This document shows, one piece after another, positions 11,501 through 25,190 of a DNA stretch of 64,000 nucleotides (positions are counted from its first letter, which is position 1; each line of letters opens with the position of its first letter). The notes under the pieces were generated by a model. It was not told the DNA's origin. It worked only from the letters and a program-made list of their open reading frames with translations, and ran no database searches. This DNA comes from Vicugna vicugna (Eukaryota). The DNA is taken from positions 8,763,425 to 8,827,424 of the forward strand of contig MU058636.1 of the NCBI GenBank assembly GCA_013265495.1, written 5' to 3'. The translations under genes were made by a program, and so were the position numbers.

Positions 11501-13590
11501 AGGCTTTAGCCGTGAAACTCCCCATCATTTCTCTTTCTTTAAGGTTATATATTTTTTCCTAAAATTAAAGCAAAACAAAAGAAAACAAAACTCTGGTTGG
11601 CACTTTAATGGCTATGGCCAGTCAGAATTGGGGTAAATTATGATTAAGAGAGGAAGATTTTCATAAATATACCTCCCATCTCTCCTTGCCTTTGAAACTA
11701 GTGATGTGATATTTCCTTTTTAAAGCAAGAAATTGTGCTGTTGGTTTATGATTTCGTGATTGTTTCTTCCTTTCTCTGACAGTAACTAACAAATTTCTCA
11801 TTGAGACTTAAGCACAGGTCCCTGTGAGTTTGGGTCTATGGCATATCCTAACAAATGAAATGCATTATATTTTAATATATTTTTAACAAAAAATGGCATA
11901 GTGATATTAAGTCTTGTTTTTCACCATAATTGTTCAAAGTACCCTCTACTAGAGCCATGGCATTGTTGTCAATGACATGATATATACCACATTACTTTCA
12001 GGATTAAATATTAACATTGTAGGTATTGTTCAGAATTATATAAAACAAAAAAGTTATAAAAGGAACTAATAGGTAGTACAGGACAGGGGAATATAAGATT
12101 CTTCCCCACTCATGGCAAACAGAGAGAGCTGAGTGAGTTCTGTGGCTAGGATTTGAACTTTGACCTGTCTGTGAATGGGTGATGTGGTTTAGGACAGGCA
12201 ATCTTACTAAAGTTTGCACGGAAGAAGTCCGCTGTAATTACGCAGTGAGTTATAGGTCTCCCAAATACACCTTCAGGCCCTCCTTATGGGTAATGTAGAA
12301 TACAGTTAGCCCTCTGTATCTGCTGATACAGGCAGTAAGGAAAAACAAGTCCATGTTGTAGACTGGAAGGATGGAGCACCGAACAGAAACACCTCTCCAA
12401 CTTCCGTTAGTTTGAGTGACACCATTTGTATCATGAATCTAGCACAGTGGCCTCTCCCAAGCCTTTCTCCTGCCTTCAGAGGTAGAGTGAGAAAGGGAGG
12501 AGAAACTATACATAGCAGGCCAATCTCCTTTTACTCTGATTGCTCGGGGGATCCTGGGTGTATGACCAGGCACACACTCTTAGCTCCTTCCCTTTAAGCT
12601 GTATGTTTGCAAAGACAGGTCTTCACATAGCGGGGCCTTTGGTCATCCAATACAACCAATAATCTGGAAAAAAAATCTGTTTATTTTTGAGAATTCAATA
12701 TTAGGAAGTCCACTTGCCTTCCAATAAAGGAAATAGTCACAATTGGCACTTTTTTAATAATGAAAATGACACTGTTTCTCCATGCACCTTATATTTTACT
12801 CATATTTACTAATTGGTTCAGAATTTAAGTGGAGGAAATGGCCATTAATAGATTCAATCTCCCTAATATTTTCATTCATTGTTTACAAATATTGCAGTTA
12901 GTAAATATTCCCTTTTAGAATTTATTGTATGTTCTATGTCATGTTTAGATAACAGTAATCTTGCCATTTTAGTCTTTAAAAAATGTTTTGGCCTACTTTT
13001 TGACCATGTAATGAATACTTGGCTTTTAATGTACCAGCATGGCAAAGTCTGTCACTCTAAAATATTCTATCTTGAGCTTCTGTGTGAAACACAGAATATT
13101 TTCAGGTTTATAATCATGTGAAAGTCTGGGAGAAGAAAGTGGGAGTTCATTCTTTTTTCGTTTGTTTCTGAATTTTTTTGTTTGTTGCTGGATAAATATG
13201 AGTCAATGCTATTTAATTTGTTCTACACGTGACATCTATATTTTAAAATGTACATGAAGTAAAGTCAAAATAAAAGGTTGAATGACTATCTGCAAACTGA
13301 ATTAGCACTGAGAGTGTCTCAAAAGAAATAGACAAGACTTCCATTACCACCCATGAAAGATAACATGGGATCCATCAAGAAATATGGACAAAAATACATG
13401 AAAAAAGTTTCCTGACATTGAAAAAGATCATACATGGCTGTAAACTCTGAAGGAAGGGAAACTTGCCATATACTGATCGCAAATTAACATATGAAGAGAT
13501 ATTTAACATCACATGTCATTAGGGAATTGGAACTGTAAGTAATGAGATACCACCACACACTTACTGCAATGGCTAAAATCCAAAACCCAA

Positions 13591-13955
13591 TGTTTTAGCC
13601 TGCTCAGGCTGCCATAACAAAAGTTCCACAAACTAAGTTGCTTAAACGACAGAAGTTTATTTTCCCACGGTCCTAGAAGCTAGAGGTCCAAAATCAAATT
13701 GTCAGCAGGGTTTATTTCTTCTAAAACCTCTCTTTTGGCTTGGAGAGAGTCTACTTTTTCATTTTCCTTCATGTAGTCTTCTCTGTGTATTTTTCTGTGT
13801 CCTGATCATCTCTTATTATAAGGACACCAGTCATACTGGGTTAAGGATTCACTCTAATTACATAATTTTAACATATTGCCTCTTAAAGACCTTGTCTCAA
13901 AATACTGTTCTATTCTGCAGTTGTAGGGATTAGCATTTCAACATAAGAGTTTTGA
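13591..13955 (-). mobile_element. MLT1A-type MaLR LTR
   Basis: TGTTTTAGCCTGCTCAGGCTGCCATAACAAAAG...TCTCTTATTATAAGGACACCAGTCATACTGGGTTAAGG...GGGATTAGCATTTCAACATAAGAGTTTTG. Confidence 0.85.
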
Positions 13956-13959
13956 CGAT

Positions 13960-14365
13960 GCTCCTTCCTGTCTCAGAGTATTCCTTGTGTGTAGCATCTC
14001 TTTCTTAAGATCATCTTCTCACTCCATTATTTAATTCATAATTAAATATTACCTTCCTATAGAGGTCTTCCTATACCATCTTATTACAGTGCTCTCTCTC
14101 CCACTTCCATTCCATCCTCACCACAGCCTTGAACTTTCTGCCTCCTTACCACACTGTCTTTCCCTCACAGCCCTTATCAGCATCTGGAACTTTGTCATTT
14201 GTCTTGTACATGTTTATTGTCTGTCTCTCCCTCTAGAATGTGAGAGCTCCCTGGAGCAGTGACTGTGTCCATCTTAATCAACACCCCATCAATGCTCAGC
14301 ACAGAGCCAATGTCTGACACACTGTAGTCACTCAATACATGTTTTAATGACTGAATACTGATTGA
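13960..14365 (+). mobile_element. L2 LINE 3' end
   Basis: GTCTGTCTCTCCCTCTAGAATGTGAGAGCTCCCTGGAGCAG...GTAGTCACTCAATACATGTTTTAATGACTGAAT. Confidence 0.8.
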
Positions 14366-17204
14366 TGCAATCTGTGAGGCTTTGAGTAAGTAATTTACTC
14401 TTTCTTTGTCTTGGATTCGTCTCCTATAAAATATAAACACTGGACCAGAGGATCTCAAGGCTTCTTTCCAGCTCTAAATCTCCATCTTCCAAGGCACTGT
14501 GGCAATCCCTTTCCAAATAGAGTCCACTGTCATGGTAACATGCAAAACGCACTGCTGCCTTTAACAGAGGTCGTGCAGATGGGGTGTGGAGCACCTGAAG
14601 TCAGGGGTCTTCAGTAATGGTATCTCCCAATCTACCTCATGAACAGAGCAGCAGATTCTTTGCTGACATAGTAAACACAAGCAAGGCCTTAGGGGCTCCT
14701 CTCTCTGTCACCTTCCCACCCAATTCCCCACCACTGCAGCCCTTGAAACATCTTTTATAACTCTGCCAACTCTGAGGAGAAATTTGAAAATGACTGGCCT
14801 AGGGAAACATTAACATTTTCTTGGACATCCCATTGTAAATCTGGTTCACAATCTTTCAAAGACAGAACAGACTAACTGATCAGAAGAATGGCTTATAGGC
14901 ACACATGCAATTGAACATTAGGGTGAAAGATTTAGACTAACTGTTTTGGATTTGCCTACACAGGGTAGGTAGAAACATTCATTCTTGTTAGTTAAAAAAA
15001 CAAGACAAAAATGGTGAAGTAATCAGTCTTGAATAGGATGTATGTAACTACTGGAATCTCTCATTTGGAATAATTTCCATTCTTGCTTTAAAGTTTTAGA
15101 CAATACAACTAAAATAAAGTGCTTATTTATTGGACCCTTATTTGCTAAAATTCACTGATAATTTTATATTTTAATTTTGAAATGTATGACATCTGTGCTT
15201 TTTTCTGTAATTTATAAAATCAATAGCCAAAACAATAAAACTGGATTCAATGTATATTTTTTGTTATTCAAGACTAAAAAGGTATTGGCAGCTATGATTA
15301 AAATGGGTTTAGACACTGGGTTACTCATGAAAAGTTAAGTTAAAGCAATGGCAAAGTGGGTCAAAACATGAAAAAGAAGCTTGTTAAGGCAAAACTGATA
15401 GTTCCCATGACAGAATATATGTTACCTTTATAATAATTTTATCACGTAGCAAACAATTTTCACATCACAAAGACTAAATAATAGGGCATATGACTGTAAT
15501 TCTATAAACCTGATCTCATCTAATGCTCACTGTTTTGAACTATTAATGACTCCATTTTTGTCTGTATTTAAAACTTCTGAGTATTTTTCAAAAAATTCCG
15601 TTCATATTTATAAATTATATCCTAAGAGATTCAAAGGTTAATGTTTTTTTTCCAATGTGAAAATGTGCAATGTATTTTTAGTGATACTTAATGCATAAAC
15701 ATGAATAATTCTGCCAATAATACAGATTACACTACAGCAGATTGCACTATCATTTATAGGACAACTGTCTGAGGAGCAAAATAAATCCTGAAAAATTTGC
15801 CACCAAAATAATTTGAGACATGCTGAAGTACACCCTTCTGCAGGTAGATAGACAGACAGACAGACAGATAATAACAGAAAGAGCCAGTCACCTTCCATTA
15901 ACATGGCCACAGAACTGGCAGGCACGTGTTAGCCTTTGACGAGGACAAAAGGATACCAGCTGGTCTTTATTGTGCACACACTTCTTATTATTAATTGGTT
16001 GTAAGATGATAATGAAATTTTCATGGCATTTGTCACTGATTAAAATCTCCTAACAATTTTCTAGCTTTAAATAATTCCCTCTAAATGTGTATATGTGTGT
16101 ACACACATAAGTTACATGTGTATCTGATGACTTTTCATGCCTTCTATGTCTAAGATTTTAATTTTGTATTTCCCCCAAAGGATTTTCCTAGGCATGTATA
16201 TTAAATAGTCATCTTAAATACATATGGCTATATGTATAAAACATTGCAAATGTAATTGTGACAGGTGTGCCGATTGTCTACCATCTAGGGCCCTTTTAAG
16301 TAGCAACGGGTGAAATAAAAGCAAAAACATCCAAGGAATGAAGGAGGGACCCGGTTAGAGAACTGTGAACACTGTTTCCAGAGCGTGGATTCTCCACGGC
16401 TATTGCAGAAGGCACTACCTCCCTCCTGCTGAGAAATCTATGAATCTGCCAAAGCTGGAAAAGTGGACTCCCACTATTTCAGTCTTTGCCCGTTGGGTTG
16501 ATATACAACCACAGAACAAGAGTCTAGTGACCAACTCTGAGAAAAGAACATTTTGCAATATGGATCTCCTACAAAAACCAGTGGTGACATTTAATTTGTC
16601 ATAAACCCCAGAAGCAAAGCTCTGGACCCATTTGGTGAGTTATTTGAAAAAGATAGCTGCTCACCAAGTAACTTAGTGTCACGAGTCGCCACTTGCAAGA
16701 GTTTTACTTTTTGGCAAAGAAGAGCAGTCAGTTTCTGTTCAATTTACTTAACAATCTGGATACTGTTTTGCAAACTAACGCAACGGCTTTTGACTATCAA
16801 ACCTAGGATTTGTTGAAAAATTAAACACAAAACTGACAGCTTTTATTGTAATTAATGCAAACACCAACATAAATTTATGATTAGAACCTATTTCTTCTCA
16901 TAGCATTTTGTTTACTTTGTTTTATCTGATGAATAAAATCATATATTTTCAACGTATAAAATTTAAATATTTGGAAATTACAAAATATTGAGAAAAATAA
17001 GATTGTACATCATTTCACCATCCAGAGATATACACTATTTACATAAGTGTGTATGGATTTGTGAATGGTGTGGATATGTAAAAATAGTTGGCAATTGATC
17101 AATCCAACTTTTTACTGAAAAATTTTAGTTCATACTATCAGTTTAGTTTTATATTCTCCATTTATCATGTAGTAATAATGCTTACACATGGTATTATATT
17201 TAAC

Positions 17205-17767
17205 TGTCGGGAGCCCGGCCACCAGACCCTGAGGCTGTACGCACGGCGAGGCCTACAGGAGGCCCACTGCACGGCGGTGGGCCGAAAAGGTGTGGCAAGC
17301 TTAAGAGTTAAAAATACAAGGAATTCCTATTTAGGGAGGAGGCTGGTCCGAAAATAGTGAGTTATCTCAATTGATTGTTCACAAAAGAATAAAGAGGAAT
17401 TGGTCGGTCTGAACGTTCTGGTACAGCAGAGTTAATGGAAGAAGAAAAAGGAACAAGATTAAATCAAGATCCTCATGAATATTGAAGCGGCCAAGTGGAA
17501 CTAGTAAAAGGACAGTGAAGGCGCAGATTGTTTGAACTGTTCCGGAAGAGCTAACCGCGGAAGCGTAACAAAGACTGAAATTGTTAGTACTGTACTTCCC
17601 CCTCTGTATTTTGAAACCGCGAGTGCTTGTAAGCATAAGTATAAATACCACAACATGAGTAAAACTGGCGGAGAACCTGCTGCCATGAGCTGCTGAAGTG
17701 TGTCTTTCTTCGCGCCGACGCTACTCCTCCCTCAGGTTCCTGAACCCGCTGGGGCTGGACTCCGGCA
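17205..17767 (+). mobile_element. Solo LTR, ERVK/betaretrovirus-like, 563 bp
   Basis: Starts TGTCGGGAG and ends GGGGCTGGACTCCGGCA (typical ERVK U5 end). Perfect 6-bp TSD TTTAAC at 17199-17204 and 17768-17773. TATAAATA at 17640, AGTAAA at 17658, many intact CpGs. Confidence 0.92.
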
Positions 17768-18084
17768 TTTAACTTTTAAAAAGTTCTTTCATTACTGTAT
17801 AATTTTCCAAGAGATGCCTACACAATACTTGATTTAACCAATCCCTACTGATAGACTTTCAGATTATTTCCTTTTTGTTTATTAATATTTTTCTATTATA
17901 GATAAAGATTTAATGCATATATTTGTATAAATTTTCTATATAAATGCTTATTTATTTCCCTAGGAAATTCACTTAATGTGGGAATTCTGGAAATAAAGAC
18001 AGTGAGTTGTCAAAAAATAGGAATGTGCATTTTTAAGTTCTTTCCCCTTAAAGTTGGGCCAACTTCCATTTTGACCAGCACTGA

Positions 18085-18425
18085 GAATTAACCACCTACC
18101 ACTCCATGCAAGACTATAGAAGAACCTTGTAAATACAATATTGAGCAAAAGACCAGAAGCAATAGAGTACATATTGCCAAATTTCATTTATACAAAAATC
18201 AAGAATGGGCAAAATTCACCTATGGTTATAAAGTTGGTAATAATGGCTACCTTTGTGAGGAGTAGTGACTGAGGAGAGCCAAAAATGGGACTTCTAAGAT
18301 GCTGTTAATATTCTATTTCCTGATGTAAGTGATGTGTATCTGACTTTGTACGTGACTTGACTCAAAACGTGTGCACTCTTTGAATGAATACTTCAATACG
18401 CAGTTAAAACATGATTAATAAAAAG
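18085..18425 (+). mobile_element. L1ME 3' UTR fragment
   Basis: AATATTGAGCAAAAGACCAGAAGCAATAGAGTACATATTG..TTTCATTTATACAAAAATCAAGAATGGGCAAAATTCACCTATGG. Confidence 0.65.
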
Positions 18426-19065
18426 ATGAAGAATTGAAGAGACTTAATAAAACCACTCAATTATCTAGGATATCAAAGCCAATAATATGAAATGATAATA
18501 TAGCAAATGTCAGGGGGGAAAAAAAGAAATCCAAATAGTACGAGAGTCTCATAATAAAAATAATAGCTAATGCATTTCAAGAATTTCTTAGTTCATAGGA
18601 TTGCATTAATTGCTCTACAAATATTCTTGACCCCGGACGACAGCCCAAATGGTAGGTAGTATTATTATAGCATTGTTACAACTGGGGGACCGTAAGCATA
18701 GAAAAGTTGAATAGCTTCCCCATAGTTACACAGACATTAGTGGTGGAGGAGAATACAAGCCAGAAACAAGAGGAAGAAAGAAGACACTCATGATTGGAGA
18801 CTTGTGGAATGCGAAGACTAGACTCCACTTAAGGAAATGCCAGTCTTGTTTAGATGAGAAGGACAGTAAGGAAACCCCTTAGGCAATTTGGAGGAGAAGC
18901 CACGTGTTTACAGCAGGCAATTCACTTTTGATAGTCAATCCCTTTTGGTAGAACAAATAGCAGAGCAACCCCCTCACAGCACCACTTTACCATGGAAAGG
19001 GAGAAAATATTCAGAAACCCTGTGTCATTGAGCAAATAATTCCAGAACTTCAGAATAGCGGGTGA

Positions 19066-19175
19066 GGGGTGGATGTAGCTCAGCGGTAGAGCGCATGGTT
19101 AGCATGCACAGGGTCCTGGGTTCAATCCCCAGTACCTCCATAAAAAAATAAAAAATAAAATCTATTTAAAAAAAA
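19066..19175 (+). mobile_element. tRNA-Ala-derived SINE (camelid Vic-1 type)
   Basis: GGGGTGGATGTAGCTCAGCGGTAGAGCGCATGGTTAGCATGCACAGGGTCCTGGGTTCAATCCCCAGTACCTCCAT followed by an A-rich tail. Confidence 0.9.
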
Positions 19176-20669
19176 GAATATTAGACTAATCTTACTTAAG
19201 AATTTGTCATCAGAATAAGTCCCTAAGTCTCACATCTCTGTCTATCCAGTCACCAGTAGGAATGAGCAGCTTCTCAGTCTATCCATAATACCTTCACCGC
19301 CATCTTCACACTGCTATTAAGAGATAGGCATTCCTTTATCTGATCAAATCACAATACCTACACATGGATACGATCTCATATTTGAAAACACCAAACATGC
19401 TTTTAAATCCTCTCTACCTGACTTTCTTCTCCAGATATTTGCTTGTATTTTCCATCAGCTCAGAAAAGGCTACTCAGCTCACTCTACCTAAACTCTTCCC
19501 CACAGGTCACTTTCTATCTTGTCACAGTGTTTATTTCAATAGGTACATATGTCAGTGTTTCTACTTATTATTTATTTGTTTTCATCTTTCTTGTCTGAAA
19601 CTCTGATTGTAATATAAGCTCAATGAGACCAATCACTTGACTTAATTACCCCTGTAATGCACATTTCAAAGTGTCAGACAGATACACGGATTTAAGAATT
19701 CAAATATTTCTTGAACACATGGATAAGTGAATGAATGAGTGAAGACCCTGAATAGTCAATCCATAGATACATTGTTTAAATAGGTGTATAGGTTTGAGAA
19801 AGAATCCTTTATGAGATATTTATAGTCCATCAGTTGCTGGCCATCCTTACGATTTGATTAAAAAAATAAAGTGAAAGAATTTGCTTAGACATTATGAACT
19901 CTTTAGCAATTAACAAAGACAAGTTAAGTATTCACAGTTGGTGTTTTAGTCATTGTTCCCACTGACAGTTGGAACTTCGGAAGAGAAAGAAATCATGAGA
20001 ATAAAAACATTGGGTATGAAAATGGAATTTTTAAAATGTGCATTTCCAAATTATGACTCAAGATACCAGATTGATACACTTTATCCCTTGCCAATAATTT
20101 TACATCATTTGTATGGGAAAAGTATTATTCCAGAGATAGATGGCTTGATAATGAGGGCTTTAAACGGAATTTGTAGACAGATGGAAAAAAACACTCAGGG
20201 TAAACACAGGAGTCTCGTCTATATGCAAATAGTATGTTTAACATGGCAAGGAAAAGTGGAGGAGATGGTTAGGGATTCACACAAGAAAACAGTATCCCCT
20301 TATACTGAGTACAGACAGGCAACTTTAATTTTAGATACTCACATACTTAGAGGAAGAGAAGGGATCACACACAGACTGGAGAGTCCATCACAGCTCTGGT
20401 CACATTATCCTCTAGAAATCAACACATTTAGATGAGTTTAGATTGTGTATTAGTGGAACAGTGTATATGTGGAAGAGAGGCTAATGCCCAGAAAAAGGAC
20501 AAGGAAGAGAACTGAGTTCTTGATCAAGAAACAGAGATGTGTAGGAAAACAATAAACTTAAGAGTGAAATCAGCCTAGAGAGACAGTGGAGAAGACTTAA
20601 CTCTAAAGGGAAACAGAAGATGGCTCACAGAAATACACTCCTGAGCCAGATAAATGAAATGGTGTCACC

Positions 20670-20980
20670 AAAAGAGCAGAAGAACTGTTGCAAAATCTGA
20701 CAGTAAGTCTGTAGATTAAAAGATAATATTGTATCAGTGTTAATTCCTTGATTTGGTACTGCAATTATGTAAGAGAATGCACTTGTTTGGGGGAAATACA
20801 CACTGAGGTATGTAGTGGTAAAGGGGCAACATGTCTACAACCTATTCTGAAACCGTTAAGGAAACGAATCTGCATTTTTGCAGACAGAAACATACATATG
20901 GACATATTGGATTTTTTAAAATTATTGCTACAATTTCTCTGTCTCAAATTATGTCAACATAAAAGAAATAAAATAGAGCA
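20670..20980 (+). mobile_element. L1MC/L1ME 3' UTR fragment
   Basis: GTCTGTAGATTAAAAGATAATATTGTATCAGTGTTAATTCCTTGATTTG...GGAAATACACACTGAGGTATGTAGTGGTAAAGGGGCAACATGTCTACAACCTATTCT. Confidence 0.75.
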
Positions 20981-21619
20981 CAAAATTTAGAGATAGGAAA
21001 ACTGTTCATATTTTAGATCATGACTAACTAGCATTATGATCATGAACAAATTCTTTCACCTTTTTAAAACTCAACTACAAAATGAATTTTAGACTTATTT
21101 CTAGATTCATGATGATAATGAAATGAAATTGTACTGTGCTTTGTAAATTAGGAAGAATAATGTACTGCAACATTGGTTTTATTATAATAAGAGTAGGGTG
21201 AAAATTATAGTAGACCCAGAGGCAAGATAAAGTTGCCCTGGGTTCCCGCTAGTAATTTTTTCAGCTAAGAGTGGTTTTGACTCCTGTGGTAATTGTTTAT
21301 TCTCTCCAAGAACAGAATAAGCGACTAGTAGAACCTCATTCTAAATCAAGTGGGAAAATTTTGTAAAAACATTTAAAGAAATAACAGCACTTGCCAGGTT
21401 GGAAACAGAAACACCTAAGCACTTAACTTGGGAAAAGTAAAGGACATGCTAACTTGTAGGGTACACTTTGCAAAGGCAAACCATAAGATAACTTGAAATT
21501 CCCAACACACAATAAGGGTAAGGAAAGGAGGTGTGCTTATCAATGTGTGTACAATAGCTCTGTCTGTACAATCTCAAATTATCTGGATGAGGAAGTGTGA
21601 TATGAAGAAATACTGATAC

Positions 21620-21781
21620 AAAAATGTGCTGGCAGAGCACAGGAAACTATGTTCAATATCTTGTAATGGCCTCTAAAGAAAAATAGCATGAAAAGGAATA
21701 TATACATTATAAATGAATCACTATGCTGTACACCAGAAATTAACACAGCATTGTAAATTGACTATACTTCAGTTAAAGAAA
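21620..21781 (+). mobile_element. 5'-truncated artiodactyl/camelid L1 3' end
   Basis: AGCACAGGAAACTATGTTCAATATCTTGTAA...GAATCACTATGCTGTACACCAGAAATTAACACAGCATTGTAAATTGACTATACTTCA. Flanked by AAGAAATAC at 21605 and 21782 (probable TSD). Confidence 0.85.
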
Positions 21782-22029
21782 AAGAAATACATATACGTCA
21801 AATATCTCTTATAGTAGCATTTACTATAAACCAGGAAATGTGTTAGGTGCAGAACTCCAAAGGCGAAGAAGGAGGATCTTTTCCCTTGCAGAATTTCAGT
21901 TTTATCCTATCTCATGGTAGCTTTACATGCTTTTATTCCCAGATTTAACACAGAGCTTAAAAATCTTACTTGCTCCATGTGTCAAAAAGTCAAACTATTC
22001 TAAGTCACAAAGAATAAAACTTATCTTGT

Positions 22030-23450
22030 ACCTATTCAAAAAGTCAAGAATAAGAATAAAATAGAATAGTAGATTGTGACAAAATAATCTACTTATATTA
22101 TAAACATATGACATAATCTCGCTGAAGCGGGTGAGGAAAGAGGTATTGATCTAAGTAACTTTGGAAATGATTGGAAGCTACAAAACTAGAGATAAAAAAA
22201 ATGGACATTAACACTTTAGTTGGTAATACTGTTGCTAGCAAGGGTAAGAGTTAATTATTCTGAAGCTGTATGTATATAGAAATTGGATGAAAAAGGAAAT
22301 GGATGGTGAGTGGAGGAGACAGATTCTCACTGCTGGAGTGGGACGTTAGAGATGAATGGGGTGAGAGACGTTAGAAGGAACCACATGGGACTGGATTAGA
22401 GTTGGAGACATCAGAGTGAACTCATTAATACAGATACTGTTGGATAGACAGAGAAAAAAACAGACATGCAGGTGCACATGGGTTTTATGCATACATGTAT
22501 TTCCTAGCTCTGTCTGCTAAGACTGCCTGGCGCAATGATAGCCCAACAGGAATGAGTATGCTGTGCCCAGACCGTGGTTTCTAATCACATTCTTCAGTAA
22601 AAAGAATCGGGGCTCCTTAGAGAGATGGCTGATTCCAGGACGGAAGCAAGAAATAAACAAAGTCAACTAGAGCATTTGTAGTGTTAGAAAAGAAGGAACT
22701 ATTCAAAAAATAAAGGGAGGGGTATGCCCAAGGGACACGGGATCCAACTGAAAGGGCTCGTGACGGCCAATAGCTGGAAAAATTGAGGAACAAAATAAAT
22801 AAACTATTGGATTATAATCCAGAGTATAAAGCAGGTATCCATGAGTCCATACTGATACAAATGATTGAATAAGTTAAAAACAACAGAGAATAGATAACTC
22901 TTTTGCACAAAAGAATTCCAAATGGTTATGTAGATAATTTTCCCACTGAGGTGGCAGAGCATAATTTCCCTTATGGGAACTGCTTCCAAAGAATACAGTG
23001 TGGAAAGAAGGAGCTGAATAACTTTACTTTGTAGAACCTGGTGATCAAGTTTAACCTCATCTGAGTTAAGTCATGAAGTCATGTTGACAGCATGTACCCT
23101 TGAAAATGATACTTTGCTTTTGTGATACTTCCTCCTCGAAAATCCAAAACCCCAGGCTCTGTCAGAGACCACAGTAGCCTAGGGCTGTGTAGAACTAAAT
23201 GTAATGTGTAACTTAGATAGGATCCTGGAACAGAAAAAGGACATTAGGGAAAATAACGAAACCTTAATAAAGTGTGGCATTTAGTTAATAATGATGAGTC
23301 AATATTGCTTTTTAGTTGGACAGGTGTACCATTGTAACGTAGCATGTTAACAATCGGGGAAACAATGCAGATTATACAGGAACTTTCTCTACTATCTTTA
23401 CTTTTGGTAAACCTAAAACTATTTTAAAACATTTTTTAAATATAAAAAAA
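22030..23450 (+). mobile_element. L1MC-type (L1MC1-3 group) long 3' UTR
   Basis: CTAAGTAACTTTGGAAATG, GAGTTGGAGACATCAG, GAGATGGCTGATTCCAGG, GATCCTGGAACAGAAAAAGGACATTAG and CAGGAACTTTCTCTACTATCTT. Confidence 0.85.
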
Positions 23451-25034
23451 ACCACACACAGACATAATTACAGTGTGAAAAAACTAGCTTCTCAGATTCT
23501 GCAACATAGTTGTCTCTTCTAAGGACTTAAAACTTAATGAACGTGACATGTATGAACAAGTGAAAAATGACAGTTAACTCTGTGGTTAATGGCATAATGA
23601 TGATGGTTAATACTGAGGGTGTTCATCTGTTACCCAAGTTTGTACACAATTATGTGTGTGCATATGTGTGTGCCTGTCTGTACATGAGCAAAATAGCTCG
23701 TACAAGATTCTCTTGTACTAAGAAACATGTAAGTACAAGAAAGGGTTAATAAGTTGAATTGGATAATTCCTGTTTTCTTGCATCTCAATGATTTTCTGCC
23801 CCCAATCCTGAGAGCTATGAAGTAATCTTGTGACTCTTACATGTTCTGACCTCTTACTATAGAATTCTCACGTATCAGGTAGTTAAGATTTCAGAACCTA
23901 AAATTCCTAAAACAAGGATGCTATGCTGAATAAACAGGAACATGAAGTATTAGATAAGATACACAATTATCCAACAAGGTGGTGCTTTAGACCTGGTTTT
24001 ACCACTTATGAACCACATGTGCGCTGCCTGAAATAGCTCTTCGAAAAGGAGATAATCAATTCTGTAGAGTTGAGGCAAACCGCATTTTGAAAAGCTGCTA
24101 AATTTTATTGATATATAAGATATTATCATTACAGCGGCAAGGATATTCTGTGCCATGATGTTTTCAGAAATTAGAGTATTGATTCTGTAAAAGGAAATTC
24201 TATTTTAAATAAAGAAGTGTTGTATTTAGGGTTATCTCAAACGAAATGCTAATAGAATACAGAAGTTCTCTTTAAAATTCCAAAAATGATAAAGTCAGTA
24301 GTATAAAGAGCACATACAATATCAAAAATAGAGAAGAAAAATGTTTATATATAATATTAATATTATCATTTTGGATGGAAAATTAGGCAATGTTTTTTGG
24401 ACTTGTAACAATGTATATATTTTTGTCTTTTAAAATCACTCTTCCTGAGGGTAATTATGTCACTAAATCTTGTAAATGACATATAAAAGTCCCATGTTAC
24501 TAAAACAATCAAGAAAATTTTATACACTAAAATTTCTTTAAACATTATGGATTGTTTAAAAAAAAAAGTCTTCCTAATATTTTGGCTTAAATGAATTACC
24601 TGCAACAGAGACCAGGCCTGACATCCTCACAGGTGGTCTACGTGGTGTTTACGCATTCAGCCTGGACCAACCTCGATGGATTCTTTCCTGCCCTCCCCTC
24701 CTGCCTGCTAATTCTTCCCCCAGAGCTTTTTTGTTGTTGTTACTCTACCACTAATGCTTCCATTCATGCTCCAGGAGGTACTTTGCTGTAATTAGTGCGT
24801 AAATCAGATAGTATCACAACCTGGTCTTTGTGCTTTTCTCCTTTTATGGATACTGATGATACAGGAGAACAAGATCAGATTCCTTCTTCTCATAGAAAAA
24901 TTGAAGGCTCTATGGACTTTATAAAATTACATTAGTGCAAAAAAGTTTACCAAGCATATGTCTTAAATGTCTGGAAGGAGTTGTTTACACCTAATGGGAA
25001 AGACTAGAATCTAACATCTCAAAAGAGATTAGCC

Positions 25035-25190
25035 TATATATATATACATACATGTATATACATATATACACACGTGTGTATATGTTTGTTTATACATTTA
25101 TGTATATATAAAATAATCACATACATTATATATACTATACATGCCATATATTATAGTATGTTATCTATAATAATATAATACATATATACT
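25035..25190. repeat. (TA)n / (TATACA)n-like low-complexity repeat
   Basis: TATATATATATACATACATGTATATACATATATACACACGTGTGTATATG... Confidence 0.8.

Noticed and set aside
17379..17686. LTR-encoded protein (sag-like) from overlapping ORFs
   Set aside because: The ORFs are short and antisense to the LTR with no recognisable similarity, and the LTR is too short for a sag-like gene.
19953..20435. Longest ORF (160 aa) as a gene
   Set aside because: It starts at TTG, has no recognisable domain or convincing splice context, and is an expected chance length in 64 kb.
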